From contig CAIVRE010000029.1 of the NCBI GenBank assembly GCA_903908245.1, forward strand, positions 14,266-78,265: DNA of 64,000 nt, written 5' to 3'. Source of the stretch: Candidatus Omnitrophota bacterium. Its GTDB lineage: Bacteria > Omnitrophota > Gorgyraeia > Zapsychrales > Fredricksoniimonadaceae. Shown piece after piece: positions 39,743-49,884 of this stretch; position 1 is the first letter of the stretch, and each line of letters starts with the position of its first letter. Below the pieces are notes generated by a model, which ran no database searches, was not told the DNA's origin, and was given only the letters and a program-made list of their open reading frames with translations. Position numbers and translations under genes: made by a program.

Positions 39743-42040
39743 TCAAGCAGGCGGGGCTAAAGGGCTCGGCAGCAATGGATTGGAATTAAGTTCTAACAAT
39801 TGCGGCAAATTAACGGGTTCAATACGATAAATCACTGGAGTCAAACCATGAATGTTCGTCATATTTATAGGCTGGCCATTAATAATCATGGGTGCGGACT
39901 TTTCGGCTACATCGATCTGCATATCCAACTTCTTGGAGTTCAAGTCTATACCACCTGTATTTTTATCTTGAGCTTGAGAGAAATCCAATTTTTTTATTTC
40001 TAAATGATATCTCGACCCGCCAAATCTTAGTTTGATATTCCATCTATAGTATTCAGATTTTTTTAAAGATATAGCTATTAATAATGAAAAGTTTCCATAC
40101 AAATCAAGAACGCTTTTTGTTTCGCTCGTTGGATCATAAATATCTTCTATGGTATTAGCCCTTGTTACATTGATCAACTCACCCATGACTTCATTAAGAA
40201 AATTCAGCCCATATTCATAATTCTTAACACTTAACTTTTTTGACCACATCATTCCTTTGAGAAGATCTCCCAAACACTCCGCTAAAACCATATTGTCCTG
40301 ATTTGGGTGCAACAAAGAGCCAATTGCGAGGGCTCTATTCTTGTTTTCTTCAATTAAATTAAAAATTGCATCCTGATTGTCAACAAGAAACCGCATAGAA
40401 ACTTCTGAAACAAGAGAATCAAGAAATAAATAAAAATCAAAAGCATCCCGAAGATCGCTCGGATGCCATCCCTCTTTTTCAAGAAAGCATGCCAGTTTAT
40501 GAAGATCTGGCTTCAACATGTTCCACAAAGTCAACCTGTCTTTACTCCGCGAGTTATCCTTATCTTTTAAAAATTGTTCGTTCACAGCCCTTTGACGTTC
40601 TTGCCAATACGGGATCAATACCTCAAGGGCACGTTTCTTGTCTAAAATATCTATTCTATTACTATCCCGTGAATTGATAACTTCCAACAGTTTTTCAATT
40701 TCCAGCCTTTTCTTTTCCTCTGCAATACGCAGCTGACGTCGTTTATTCCAACGAGAAACGCCATAACCACCCACAGCCAAGGCTCCTGCCACGCCCGCCC
40801 ATAAAGCGATCTGGCCGCCAAGCGGCATTTTAAAATACCAGTTCCCAACCTTAAGCTCCTCAGGAGCCGATTGAGTTTCACCTGCTAAACCTGAGGAAGC
40901 TACAACCGGCACATTGGACGCACCGGATACCAGTAAAACGACATTACTTGCAGATACTGTAGCCGCCTCGACATCCGCACGAACAGCCGGCGCTAATAAA
41001 GTCAGTGAACCAATAAAAATACCTCCCGCGATCAACAACGGAGCCACTTTGTTCATGAATCCACCTGAGAAATACCGCCTGGGAATTGTCGCCCCGGTCA
41101 CAATATCCGTATCTTCACGAATAAAGTTATAAGCCCCCTTCTGAACAGATGCCAAGTACTCTTTATAAATCACTTCTTTATCAACAGTATCCAGGAACCC
41201 AACCCCTGGAGTCTTGTTCTTATCCGCATACCCCCGCCCCAACACGCTTTCCTTAAGCCTGATCTTATACCAGGACGCCAGGATCATCGCCGAGTAGATC
41301 TGCCTCAACTGGGCAAAATGCGCGCCCTCATTAACTTCTTTTTCCAACACCGGAATAAGAACCTCCCGGTAAATGTCTGTCATCCCCTGCTTGGGATCAG
41401 TTCCTTCGCCCTTGCCGGTAGAAGCAAGATAATCCGCCTCCAACATGACCTTTAAACGGCTTTTAATGATAATAACCTTGCCATTGTTCTCCCAAACACG
41501 CGCTTCGGAAGGAACGATCCATACCCGGTTAAAAGCATCTGTGCTGGGTGCATCAAGGCCTTTGGCCGCAGCTGTTTCATAAATCCTGGCCCAAAAAGCC
41601 TTGCCTGTCTCACTGTCAGGATGTAACAGCGATGATGACAATTGCTTGAGAATATAATCTTCGCCTAAAAGATCACGCCCCATCACTGTCTGGCCAAAGC
41701 CATCCGGAATGATCCGGTCCGGCTCAACCGGCGACAGGTTGACCCATTGTTCCTCCTCAGGAACGGTTAATGACGACAGGAAATACCTGACTGCTTTATC
41801 TGCTTCCTGACGTAAAGCTTCGCCTTGAACCTTGTTAGTCCCTGTATCCATCAGGAAATCAAACTTGAAAGGCTCATCAGGATGAATAACCATCCCCTTT
41901 AAAACAGGCGGAGTGACCGATGCCCCCAGCGGCAAAATAACATCAGGCGCAGGCAATATAACCTGGGCCATAGCTCCCTGCGGGAACACATTACTAACAA
42001 TAAAGGCAACAAGAAGAAATACTGAAATTAATCGTTTCAT
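39743..42040 (-). CDS. Large exported/membrane protein of unknown function (signal peptide, ~300-aa periplasmic domain, two TM helices, ~330-aa cytoplasmic domain)
   Basis: 765-aa uninterrupted ORF. N-terminus 'MKRLISVFLLVAFIVSNVFPQGAMAQ' is signal-peptide-like. Hydrophobic helices 'LLIAGGIFIGSLTLLAPAV' and 'IALWAGVAGALAVGGYGV' are followed by 'NKRRQLR'. No motif of a known enzyme family recognised. Confidence 0.6.
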   Translation of the reverse strand: MKRLISVFLLVAFIVSNVFPQGAMAQVILPAPDVILPLGASVTPPVLKGMVIHPDEPFKFDFLMDTGTNKVQGEALRQEADKAVRYFLSSLTVPEEEQWVNLSPVEPDRIIPDGFGQTVMGRDLLGEDYILKQLSSSLLHPDSETGKAFWARIYETAAAKGLDAPSTDAFNRVWIVPSEARVWENNGKVIIIKSRLKVMLEADYLASTGKGEGTDPKQGMTDIYREVLIPVLEKEVNEGAHFAQLRQIYSAMILASWYKIRLKESVLGRGYADKNKTPGVGFLDTVDKEVIYKEYLASVQKGAYNFIREDTDIVTGATIPRRYFSGGFMNKVAPLLIAGGIFIGSLTLLAPAVRADVEAATVSASNVVLLVSGASNVPVVASSGLAGETQSAPEELKVGNWYFKMPLGGQIALWAGVAGALAVGGYGVSRWNKRRQLRIAEEKKRLEIEKLLEVINSRDSNRIDILDKKRALEVLIPYWQERQRAVNEQFLKDKDNSRSKDRLTLWNMLKPDLHKLACFLEKEGWHPSDLRDAFDFYLFLDSLVSEVSMRFLVDNQDAIFNLIEENKNRALAIGSLLHPNQDNMVLAECLGDLLKGMMWSKKLSVKNYEYGLNFLNEVMGELINVTRANTIEDIYDPTSETKSVLDLYGNFSLLIAISLKKSEYYRWNIKLRFGGSRYHLEIKKLDFSQAQDKNTGGIDLNSKKLDMQIDVAEKSAPMIINGQPINMTNIHGLTPVIYRIEPVNLPQLLELNSNPLLPSPLAPPA
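39746..40740. other. Low-GC (~37% by eye vs ~53-55% elsewhere in the window) segment encoding the C-terminal cytoplasmic domain of the 765-aa protein; probably horizontally acquired
   Basis: Abrupt drop in GC at ~40740, coinciding with the second TM helix of the encoded protein. Flanking intergenic regions 39609-39742 and 42041-42159 are also AT-rich. Confidence 0.6.
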
Positions 42041-42159
42041 GTAACTCTCGAATGATTAGGTTCGCTTAAATATTACACGGCGCAACAATATGGCAAAAAT
42101 AGAAAAGGATGTGAAAGTGTAACATGCAATAAGAAAAAAACAAGAGTACCAGGGAGAAA

Positions 42160-44154
42160 TTACTTTTCGGGAGTTACAGCTGGTTGTTCGGAAGGTTTGA
42201 CCGGGAGCTTGTTGGAAATATGTTTACAATCAGGATATTTATTGCAGCCGTAAAATACTCCGCCGCGATGATTTCGCCGCTCGACCAGCTCCCCTTCACA
42301 CCCTTCACTCGGACATTTGATCCCCATCGGATATGGTTCGGCGTGTTTACAATTGGGAAAGTTCGAACAACTCAGGAAACGGCCATTCCGGCCCCATTTA
42401 ACGACCATCGTATTGTCGTTGCATTTCGGGCATGACTTCCCGAAAGAAATACTGGTCTTTTCAATGGACGCCATTGCCCTGTCAAGTTCTTCCTTGAATG
42501 GGCCATAAAAATCCTTAAGCAACTTCACATGGTCAAGCGCACCCTCTTCCACCAGGTCGAGGCTTTCTTCCATGCTGGCCGTAAACCCGATATCCAGGAC
42601 CTTCGGAAAACTGGCGACCAGAAGGTCGCAGATAATGAACCCGAGCTGTGTCGGAGTTATGTACCCGCGATCACGCGTAACATAATTGCGCAGCACAACA
42701 GTCTGGATGATCGATGCGTAAGTGCTCGGACGACCGATACCGTCCTCTTCCATTGTCTTGACCAGAGATGCTTCCGAAAAACGTGCCGGAGGCTTGGTAA
42801 AATGCTGGGTGGGTTTGATCTCGGTCATCTGCAGGATATCCCCCTCATCATAAAAAGAAAGGTCCTGTTTCTTTTCCTCATCATCCGCTGTCTTATAAAG
42901 CGCCAGACACCCGGGGAATATCAGTGTTGAACCCGAAGCGCCGAACTGATACTGGCCGGCCGTGATCTCGACTTTTTTTGTTTCAAAGACAGCCGGAGCT
43001 ATCTGACAACTCACAAACCTCTTCCAGATAAGGTCGTATAATTTTGATTGGTCTTCGGACAGGAATTTTCTGATGGACTCCGGCGTCCGCGCAACATCCG
43101 ATGGACGGATAGCTTCGTGGGCTTCCTGGGCAGACTTCCTGGACTTGAACTTGTTCGGTACAGCCGGAAGATGATCTTCCCCGTAATTCTTTGCAATATA
43201 TTTACGGACTTTCTCGATCGCTTCATTGGCGATATTCACGGAATCTGTACGCATATAGGTGATCAAACCAACCGCGTCCTCATCCCCGATCTCGACACCT
43301 TCGTAAAGTTCCTGAGCGACCATCATCGTGCGTTGGGCATTAAAACCCAGCTTGGAGAAGGCCTCCTGCTGAAGCGTACTGGTAATGAACGGCGGCAAAG
43401 CATTGCGTTTGACTTCACGCACATTGACCGAACTGATACGAAATAACTTTGCCTTAAGATCATCGGCGATCGACCGGGACTCCTCCGCGGTCTTAAGCTC
43501 AGGCTTAACACCATTGATCCTCTCAAGCTGGGCTTCAAGGAGGTCCCGTGCGCCATCTTTCTTTAATAATACACCCACCTGCCAGTATTCCACAGGGACA
43601 AACTTCTGGATCTCGCGCTCACGATCGACAATAAGCCGCAAGGCCACCGATTGAACACGCCCGGCGCTCAAACGGCTCCCCACCTTCTTCCAAAGGATAG
43701 GGCTGATCGAATAGCCTACGATACGATCCAGGATCCGGCGGGCATTCTGCGCATTGATCTTGCTTTGGCTGAAATCATGTTTATTCTCAAAAGCCTTCAG
43801 GACCGCTTCTTTGGTGATCTCGTGAAAAACAACGCGAAATACTTTCTTGCCACCTGTTGCCAAATGCGGTACCAGGTTCCAGCCAATGGCCTCCCCTTCA
43901 CGGTCAGGGTCAGTAGCGAAATAGATCTCTGTCTTGCCTTCCGCTTCTTTCTTAAGCTTCCCCAGTACTTTCTGCTTGGCGCGCACAACGATCAGCTTCG
44001 GTTCAAAATTATTATCGACATCCACGCCCAACATGGATTTGGGAAGGTCGATCAAATGCCCCATCGAAGACGTGACCTTGTAACGGCTTCCAAGGATCTT
44101 GTTGATGGTCTTCACTTTGGCCGGTGATTCTACAATAACAAGTGCTTTTGACAT
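42160..44154 (-). CDS. topA: DNA topoisomerase I
   Basis: TOPRIM 'ALVIVESPAKVKTI', catalytic region, and C-terminal C4 zinc ribbons ('CPKCNDN...', 'CSNFPNCKH', 'CNKYPDCKH'). 664 aa. Confidence 0.92.
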   Translation of the reverse strand: MSKALVIVESPAKVKTINKILGSRYKVTSSMGHLIDLPKSMLGVDVDNNFEPKLIVVRAKQKVLGKLKKEAEGKTEIYFATDPDREGEAIGWNLVPHLATGGKKVFRVVFHEITKEAVLKAFENKHDFSQSKINAQNARRILDRIVGYSISPILWKKVGSRLSAGRVQSVALRLIVDREREIQKFVPVEYWQVGVLLKKDGARDLLEAQLERINGVKPELKTAEESRSIADDLKAKLFRISSVNVREVKRNALPPFITSTLQQEAFSKLGFNAQRTMMVAQELYEGVEIGDEDAVGLITYMRTDSVNIANEAIEKVRKYIAKNYGEDHLPAVPNKFKSRKSAQEAHEAIRPSDVARTPESIRKFLSEDQSKLYDLIWKRFVSCQIAPAVFETKKVEITAGQYQFGASGSTLIFPGCLALYKTADDEEKKQDLSFYDEGDILQMTEIKPTQHFTKPPARFSEASLVKTMEEDGIGRPSTYASIIQTVVLRNYVTRDRGYITPTQLGFIICDLLVASFPKVLDIGFTASMEESLDLVEEGALDHVKLLKDFYGPFKEELDRAMASIEKTSISFGKSCPKCNDNTMVVKWGRNGRFLSCSNFPNCKHAEPYPMGIKCPSEGCEGELVERRNHRGGVFYGCNKYPDCKHISNKLPVKPSEQPAVTPEK

Positions 44155-44207
44155 GCTTCATACTTTCCACAAAAACGCTGTATTTGCAACGACTTTTTAA
44201 ATTAAAG

Positions 44208-45362
44208 TCAGCAAGGCTCATAAATCTTTCCAGGAAGTTCGCGTACAATACGCCTTAACTGCAAGCTTAAACACACCCCTATCAGCGCCGGCAGAGGCAA
44301 GATCGCACGGGCCGACAGGGCATCAAAGGAACACCGTCCTTCCTGAAGGATATCCAGGACCCTGATCTCATCTGCTGTAAGGTCGTCCGGCCTCTTCGCT
44401 TTCTCTTTCGGGAAAAGCTCGGGCTGACTCTGCATGCCCGGGATATCTTCAAAAATATCTTCCACACAAAGAACGATCTTTGCTCCATGCCGCATCAACT
44501 CATGCGGCCCTCGTGATTGCGGGGAATCAATACGCCCGGGAACTGCATAAACCTCTCTCCCCTGCTCTAATGCAAATTCGGCCGTGATCAGCGCGCCGCT
44601 TCGCGCATTAGCCTCCACTACCACAACTCCATGGGACAAAGCACTGACAATACGATTGCGCCGCGGAAAATTATACGGCATTGGTTCCGCCCCCAATGGA
44701 AATTCAGAAACAAGGCACCCCCGGTCAGAAACCTCGGCATATAGCCCTTTGTTCTGTAAAGGATAGACCATATCCAGCCCGCACCCCAGGACTCCGACCG
44801 TCCGTCCACCGGCCTTCAGCGCGCCGCGATGCGCCGCCGCATCTATCCCCCGGGCCATACCGGAAATAACAGCCGCACCCGCTTCCGCCATCCGCATGGC
44901 AAAACGCTCCGCAATGCCCAATCCATAAGCGGTAGCCCCGCGAGCTCCAACGATCGCAATGGCCACATCCTCCGGAGCAAGCATTTTTCCCTTAACGTAC
45001 AACACGATCGGCGGGTCTGCGATCTCTTTAAGCCGCCCGGGATAATCGTCATCAGTGATCGTGACGATCCTCGCCCCCAGATCTGTCGTTTTAGCTTCTT
45101 CTTTGTGTTGAAAATCTGATGCGGGAAAATGAACAAGATTGATAACAGCTTTCTCGCTGATCCCCAGCGATACCGCGGCTTCCGCCGGCGCTGTATTCAT
45201 AAGCCTGTGCCAGAAATCCTCTTGCTGACTTAACCGGAATGCCGTGCGCGGAGTTAGCCCGGATACTGCGTTAAGCGCGATCAGCGCTGCGCGGGGAGTA
45301 ACGGGAGAGGACCTTAAGGATCTCATCGACCACCTTGCCGATATTATCCTCATCTGAATCAA
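44208..45362 (-). CDS. dprA: DNA processing protein DprA (Smf)
   Basis: Rossmann-like DprA core '[33 protein letters not shown]', C-terminal winged helix. The true start is probably an internal Met (around 45326), since the ORF overlaps the aroK 3' end. Confidence 0.85.
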   Translation of the reverse strand: [384 protein letters not shown]

Positions 45363-45813
45363 TGAGGAAATCAGCCTTGCGGTAATGGGGGTCGCGTTCG
45401 GCCAGTAGTTGCTTTATTTTTGCCAGCGGGTCCGGAACATTCAGGAGCGGCCTGTCTGTTTTCCCTCTGGTCCGTCGAAACACAGCCTCAGGCGAGGCAT
45501 ATAAATAAAAACTGACCCCCGTCTTTTTAAGCACATTAAAATTCACTTCATCCCGCGCCACACCGCCGCCGCAATCAATAACAAGGTCCTCACGCAAAGC
45601 GACCTCGGCCACGATCTGACGTTCGACCTGACGAAAATACGGCTCACCCGACTGCGAAAAGATATCCGCGATACTGCGCTTCTCACGATGCTCGATCAAT
45701 TCATCCGTCGAGACCCGCTCACGTTTTAACCGTACGGCCAACTCACGGGAAGTAAAAGTTTTTCCGCACGCCATGAAACCGACCAAAACAATATTCTTCG
45801 ATAAATTAAACAT
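45271..45813 (-). CDS. aroK: Shikimate kinase
   Basis: P-loop 'LVGFMACGKTFTSRELA'. 180 aa. Confidence 0.85.
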   Translation of the reverse strand: MFNLSKNIVLVGFMACGKTFTSRELAVRLKRERVSTDELIEHREKRSIADIFSQSGEPYFRQVERQIVAEVALREDLVIDCGGGVARDEVNFNVLKKTGVSFYLYASPEAVFRRTRGKTDRPLLNVPDPLAKIKQLLAERDPHYRKADFLIDSDEDNIGKVVDEILKVLSRYSPRSADRA

Positions 45814-45843
45814 AGAGGAATTATAACAAGTTTTGATGATTTG

Positions 45844-46239
45844 TCAAAATATCTCTTTTAACGGCCGCATGACAAAATCCCGCTCGTTCATCCGTGGATG
45901 CGGGATAACGAGGTCCGGTTCATTAAACCGAATATCATCATAAGTTAAAATGTCGATATCGATCGTGCGCGGGCCGTCCTTGATGCCCCTCACCCGACCA
46001 AGCAATGCTTCGATCTGATGAATGACCTTAAGCAGCTCTCGGGGTGAAAGATCCGTCTCCGCCTTGACTGCGGCATTAAGGAAAAAACCCTGCGGGGGGC
46101 CTCCCACGGGGTCAGTTTCAATAATAGTCGAAACTTTAAGGACCTTGACGCCGGACTTGTTAAGCAAGCCCAACGAGTCCTGAATGTTTTTGGCGCGGTC
46201 TCCAAGGTTGGAACCAAGGCCAAGACATACAATAGACAA
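45844..46239 (-). CDS. folK: 2-amino-4-hydroxy-6-hydroxymethyldihydropteridine pyrophosphokinase
   Basis: 'LGLGSNLGD', 'GPRTIDIDIL', 'IPHPRMNERDFVLRPL'-type motifs. 131 aa. Confidence 0.85.
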   Translation of the reverse strand: MSIVCLGLGSNLGDRAKNIQDSLGLLNKSGVKVLKVSTIIETDPVGGPPQGFFLNAAVKAETDLSPRELLKVIHQIEALLGRVRGIKDGPRTIDIDILTYDDIRFNEPDLVIPHPRMNERDFVMRPLKEIF

Positions 46240-46241
46240 GC

Positions 46242-47453
46242 TCAGTTCCCCTGACTTTGCGATTCCTCGCCTTTCAGGCTCGGAATGACGGCTAAGACCT
46301 TGGCCATGCGCTGGACAGCTTCATGAATGCGTTCAACAGGGAGCGTAAGCGACATGCGGACATAACCTTCCCCGCTTTTGCCGAAGCCTACCCCGGGCGT
46401 CATCACAATATCCGCCTGATCCAGGAACGCCTTGGCACATGTCATCGAGTCAGGGAACCTGGACGGGATCTTCGCCCAAACATAGAACGCGGCCTTCGGC
46501 GGGTCGATCTTCCAACCGATAGAACGGCAGCCATTGATCAAGGCATCCCTCCGTTCCTGATAGCAGGTGCGCATATCTTCGATCTCGACCGGATCGATCT
46601 TAAGCGCCGCGATCCCTGCATGCTGAATGGCATTGAACACGCCGGAATCCACATTCGACTTCACCTTGGCCAGCGCCGCAATCAGTTGCGCATTACCACA
46701 GGCCCAACCCAGACGCCATCCGGTCATAAAATATGTCTTTGAAAATGAATGGAACTCGATCGCGATATCCTTGGCCCCGGGGATCTCCAGGATGCTCGGC
46801 GGCTTTACGCCGTCATAATAAACTTCTGAATATGCCAGATCAGAAACAATAATGATATTTTTCGCCGTACAAACTCTTACCAGATCTGTATAGAACTGCT
46901 TGTTCGCCACTGCTGATGTCGGATTATTGGGATAACAGACAATAATAGCCTTAACGTTCTTCGCCTCTTCAATATCCGATATCTTCGGCAAAAAATCATT
47001 TGATGCCTTAAGTGACAAATACTGGATCTTGCCACCGGCAAAAGTCACTGCCGCCTGATATGCCGGATACGCCGGATCTGTTAAAAGGACTTTCTCTCCC
47101 GGATTAATAACAGCCAGCGGAAAATGCGCCAACCCTTCCTTGGAGCCAATGAGCGGATAGATCTCACTCGCGGGGTCAAGGTCAACGCCGAAACGCCCTT
47201 TAAACCACTTGGCAATATCCACGCGCAGCTGCGGTACACCGGCATCAAAAGGATAATGATGATTGCTGCCGTCTTCGATCGCTTTTTTCATGGCGTCAAT
47301 GATCGGTTTATGGGTGGTCTGGTCTGGATCACCTACGCCCAGGTTGATAACATCCCTGCCCTGCGCCATCGCTTCGCGCTTGGCCTTATCGATCGCCAGG
47401 AAGAGATACGGCGGAAGCTGCTTTAATCGTTCGGATACCTCGAAATTAACCAT
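46242..47453 (-). CDS. dapL: Class I/II aminotransferase, probably LL-diaminopimelate aminotransferase (DapL)
   Basis: 'LPPYLFLAIDKAKREAMAQGRDVINLGVGDPDQ' N-terminal pattern typical of DapL. 403 aa. Directly upstream of dapB-dapA-dapF-lysA, and no dapD/dapE are in the cluster. Confidence 0.7.
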   Translation of the reverse strand: MVNFEVSERLKQLPPYLFLAIDKAKREAMAQGRDVINLGVGDPDQTTHKPIIDAMKKAIEDGSNHHYPFDAGVPQLRVDIAKWFKGRFGVDLDPASEIYPLIGSKEGLAHFPLAVINPGEKVLLTDPAYPAYQAAVTFAGGKIQYLSLKASNDFLPKISDIEEAKNVKAIIVCYPNNPTSAVANKQFYTDLVRVCTAKNIIIVSDLAYSEVYYDGVKPPSILEIPGAKDIAIEFHSFSKTYFMTGWRLGWACGNAQLIAALAKVKSNVDSGVFNAIQHAGIAALKIDPVEIEDMRTCYQERRDALINGCRSIGWKIDPPKAAFYVWAKIPSRFPDSMTCAKAFLDQADIVMTPGVGFGKSGEGYVRMSLTLPVERIHEAVQRMAKVLAVIPSLKGEESQSQGN

Positions 47454-47457
47454 TACA

Positions 47458-48171
47458 TTAAACTCCCATCACTTCCTGCATGTTATACAATCCGTTATCT
47501 TTGTACGCCACGAACTTGGCGGCAACAAGCGCGCCTTCGGCGAACATGTCGCGGGTGTTCGCGTTATGCGATATCTCGATGGTGTCAACGACGCCCTTGA
47601 ATATCACCTTGTGATAGCCGATGACCTCCCCCTCGCGAATGGATTCGATCGGTATGGGCTGCATCTGCCCGGCATTCTGGATGATCTCCCCCATGGTCTT
47701 GGCTGTTCCTGACGGAGCATCCTTCTTATGGATATGGTGGGTCTCGGTAATGGAAATATCATACCCTTTTAACGCCTCCGCCATCTTGCGCAAAAGGCCG
47801 AACAGGACATTGACTCCCACCGACATATTGGAAGAACGCACGATCCCGAGCTTTCTTGACACTTCAATGATCTCCGCATCCTGTTCGGCCGTCAGACCGG
47901 TGGTCCCGATCACCATACGGACCCGGTATTTCAAACAAGTTTGGATATTAACCATTGTTGCCTGGGGCACGGTGAAGTCGATGAGCACATCCGCCCCTTT
48001 GATCGCATTAATATCCGTCGAAATCTTCACGCCGCCGACAGACTCCGGGAGATCCGGGCAATCAGGACGTTCGATCAACGCAACGATCTTGATCTCCTTG
48101 TTCTGCAATGCCAGTTCCGTTATGCGTTTGCCCATCCTGCCCTGACAACCGGCGACAGCGAGTTTGATCAT
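47458..48171 (-). CDS. dapB: 4-hydroxy-tetrahydrodipicolinate reductase
   Basis: 'KLAVAGCQGRMGKRI' NAD(P)-binding, 'GTTGL'. 237 aa. Confidence 0.9.
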   Translation of the reverse strand: MIKLAVAGCQGRMGKRITELALQNKEIKIVALIERPDCPDLPESVGGVKISTDINAIKGADVLIDFTVPQATMVNIQTCLKYRVRMVIGTTGLTAEQDAEIIEVSRKLGIVRSSNMSVGVNVLFGLLRKMAEALKGYDISITETHHIHKKDAPSGTAKTMGEIIQNAGQMQPIPIESIREGEVIGYHKVIFKGVVDTIEISHNANTRDMFAEGALVAAKFVAYKDNGLYNMQEVMGV

Positions 48172-48179
48172 ATATTCCT

Positions 48180-49058
48180 TTAAATTAATTTGTATTGTTT
48201 TAAAACCGCTTTAAGGATTGCCAAATTCCCGGGTTCCATTGAGCACATGGGCAAACGGAGACTCGGGGAACAAAGCCCCATCAGCCCGCAGGAAGTCTTA
48301 ACAGGAATAGGGTTGGTTTCAATGAACATCGCCTTGATCAAAGGCAAAAGTTTTTCCTGCTTTATTTCAGCCTCTTTCACCTTGCCATTGAGCATTAAGT
48401 TCACAACCTCGGCAACTTCTTTAGGGATAATATTCGCGACGACCGAAATAACGCCGGTACCGCCCAGCTTCATCATGGGAATGGTCAAGGCGTCATCCCC
48501 GGACAAGATCGCGAACTTCTTGCCGCAAGCCTCCCTGACAGCCTTGGCCTGCTCAACATTCCCCGATGCCTCCTTGACACCGACTATATTTTTACAGGTC
48601 CTGGCCAATTGTTTAACTGTCGCCGTTTCGATATTGCGTGCGCAGCGGCCCTCGATGTTATAAAGGATGATCGGGATCTTCACGCTGTCCGCTACTGCCT
48701 TGAAATGCAGATAAAGCCCTTTTTGAGTCGGCTTGTTGTAATAAGGAGTGACCACCAGCGCCGCATCAGCGCCGGCATCTTCTGCGTGTTTCGTCAGACG
48801 GACCGCTTCAACGGTCGAGTTGGAACCTGTTCCGGCGATGACCGGGATACGCCCGTTCACCGTATCGACCACGATCTCGATGACACGGTCATGCTCTTCA
48901 TGGGAAAGGGTCGGTGATTCTCCAGTGGTCCCGCAAGGGACAATACCTTGAGTGCCATTCTTTATCTGAAATTCAACCAGCTCCGCCAGCTTGCGTTCAT
49001 CCACGCCGTGCTCCGTAAAAGGCGTTACCAAAGCAACGATCGACCCTTTAAATCCCAT
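48180..49058 (-). CDS. dapA: 4-hydroxy-tetrahydrodipicolinate synthase
   Basis: 'GIVPCGTTGESPTLSHEEH', with catalytic Lys context. Start set at 'MGFKGSIVALVTPF'. Confidence 0.9.
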   Translation of the reverse strand: MGFKGSIVALVTPFTEHGVDERKLAELVEFQIKNGTQGIVPCGTTGESPTLSHEEHDRVIEIVVDTVNGRIPVIAGTGSNSTVEAVRLTKHAEDAGADAALVVTPYYNKPTQKGLYLHFKAVADSVKIPIILYNIEGRCARNIETATVKQLARTCKNIVGVKEASGNVEQAKAVREACGKKFAILSGDDALTIPMMKLGGTGVISVVANIIPKEVAEVVNLMLNGKVKEAEIKQEKLLPLIKAMFIETNPIPVKTSCGLMGLCSPSLRLPMCSMEPGNLAILKAVLKQYKLI

Positions 49059-49884
49059 AATATTCCCCTTTGCATATGAACTTCCCGCCGCCCCTAAGCC
49101 AGACATTCGTTATGACCGGCTTGTCGTTCTTCACATCCAGATCAAAAGAAACATCCAGCATTTCCCCGCTCTTGGTCACCACTTTGATCGCCGCGGCTTT
49201 CAAGGGTACCAGCTGTTTTTGTGCCTGCAAATATCCGATCAACGCGGCGGCCACGCTACCCGTCCCACACGCCAATGTTTCCGCCTCAACCCCTCGCTCA
49301 TAAGTCCTGACCGCCACAATACCATCCCGCACCCGCTCCACGAAATTCACATTAGTGCCCTTGGGCGAAAAAACCTGATGATTGCGGATAAGGCGGCCCA
49401 GTCCGTTCACATCGAATTCCTGAAGGCCTTCCACAAAGATGATCGTATGCGGCACTCCCGTATTGATAAAATGGCCGTGCAACTTCTGCTCACCGATCCG
49501 GATATCAACATTCGCCCGGTAATCCTTTGGGTTACTCAATTGCACCGATGCCACTTCACCCTGGACCGACGCATGAATGGTGCCTGCCAATGTTTCCATA
49601 GTGAAAACTTCAGGGACAACAGCGAATTTATTCTTAATATACACCGCCATGCAGCGCGCGCCGTTACCACACATCTCTGCCTCGGAACCATCCGCATTGA
49701 TGATCGACATCTTATAATCGCGATCCTTTGACTCACCGAGGACCAGCACCCCGTCAGCGCCGATTCCCATATGCCGGTCGCAGGCTTTCTTGGTGAACTC
49801 GCAATAATCAAGGCCAGGGACATGGTCGATAACCACAAAATCATTGCCCGCGCCCTGCATCTTGGTAAACGCTATTTTCTTCAT
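49048..49884 (-). CDS. dapF: Diaminopimelate epimerase
   Basis: 'FTKMQGAGNDFVVID' and the second catalytic Cys region 'ERGVEAETLACGTG'. 278 aa. Confidence 0.9.
   Translation of the reverse strand: MKKIAFTKMQGAGNDFVVIDHVPGLDYCEFTKKACDRHMGIGADGVLVLGESKDRDYKMSIINADGSEAEMCGNGARCMAVYIKNKFAVVPEVFTMETLAGTIHASVQGEVASVQLSNPKDYRANVDIRIGEQKLHGHFINTGVPHTIIFVEGLQEFDVNGLGRLIRNHQVFSPKGTNVNFVERVRDGIVAVRTYERGVEAETLACGTGSVAAALIGYLQAQKQLVPLKAAAIKVVTKSGEMLDVSFDLDVKNDKPVITNVWLRGGGKFICKGEYYGI

Noticed and set aside
39636-39830. 64-aa + strand ORF downstream of the 765-aa gene, as a possible immunity or partner gene
   Set aside because: It overlaps the 3' end of the 765-aa gene on the opposite strand, has no RBS, and is Gly/Lys low-complexity. 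Not credible.
39609-42159. att-like direct repeats flanking the low-GC gene
   Set aside because: By eye, the two AT-rich flanks share no direct repeat of 10 nt or more. Integration remains possible but is unsupported without a computed repeat search.
44208-45362. DprA ORF overlapping aroK by ~90 nt, as a possible frameshift
   Set aside because: Internal Met codons (e.g. around 45326) give a normal-length DprA with only a short overlap. No evidence of a disrupted frame.
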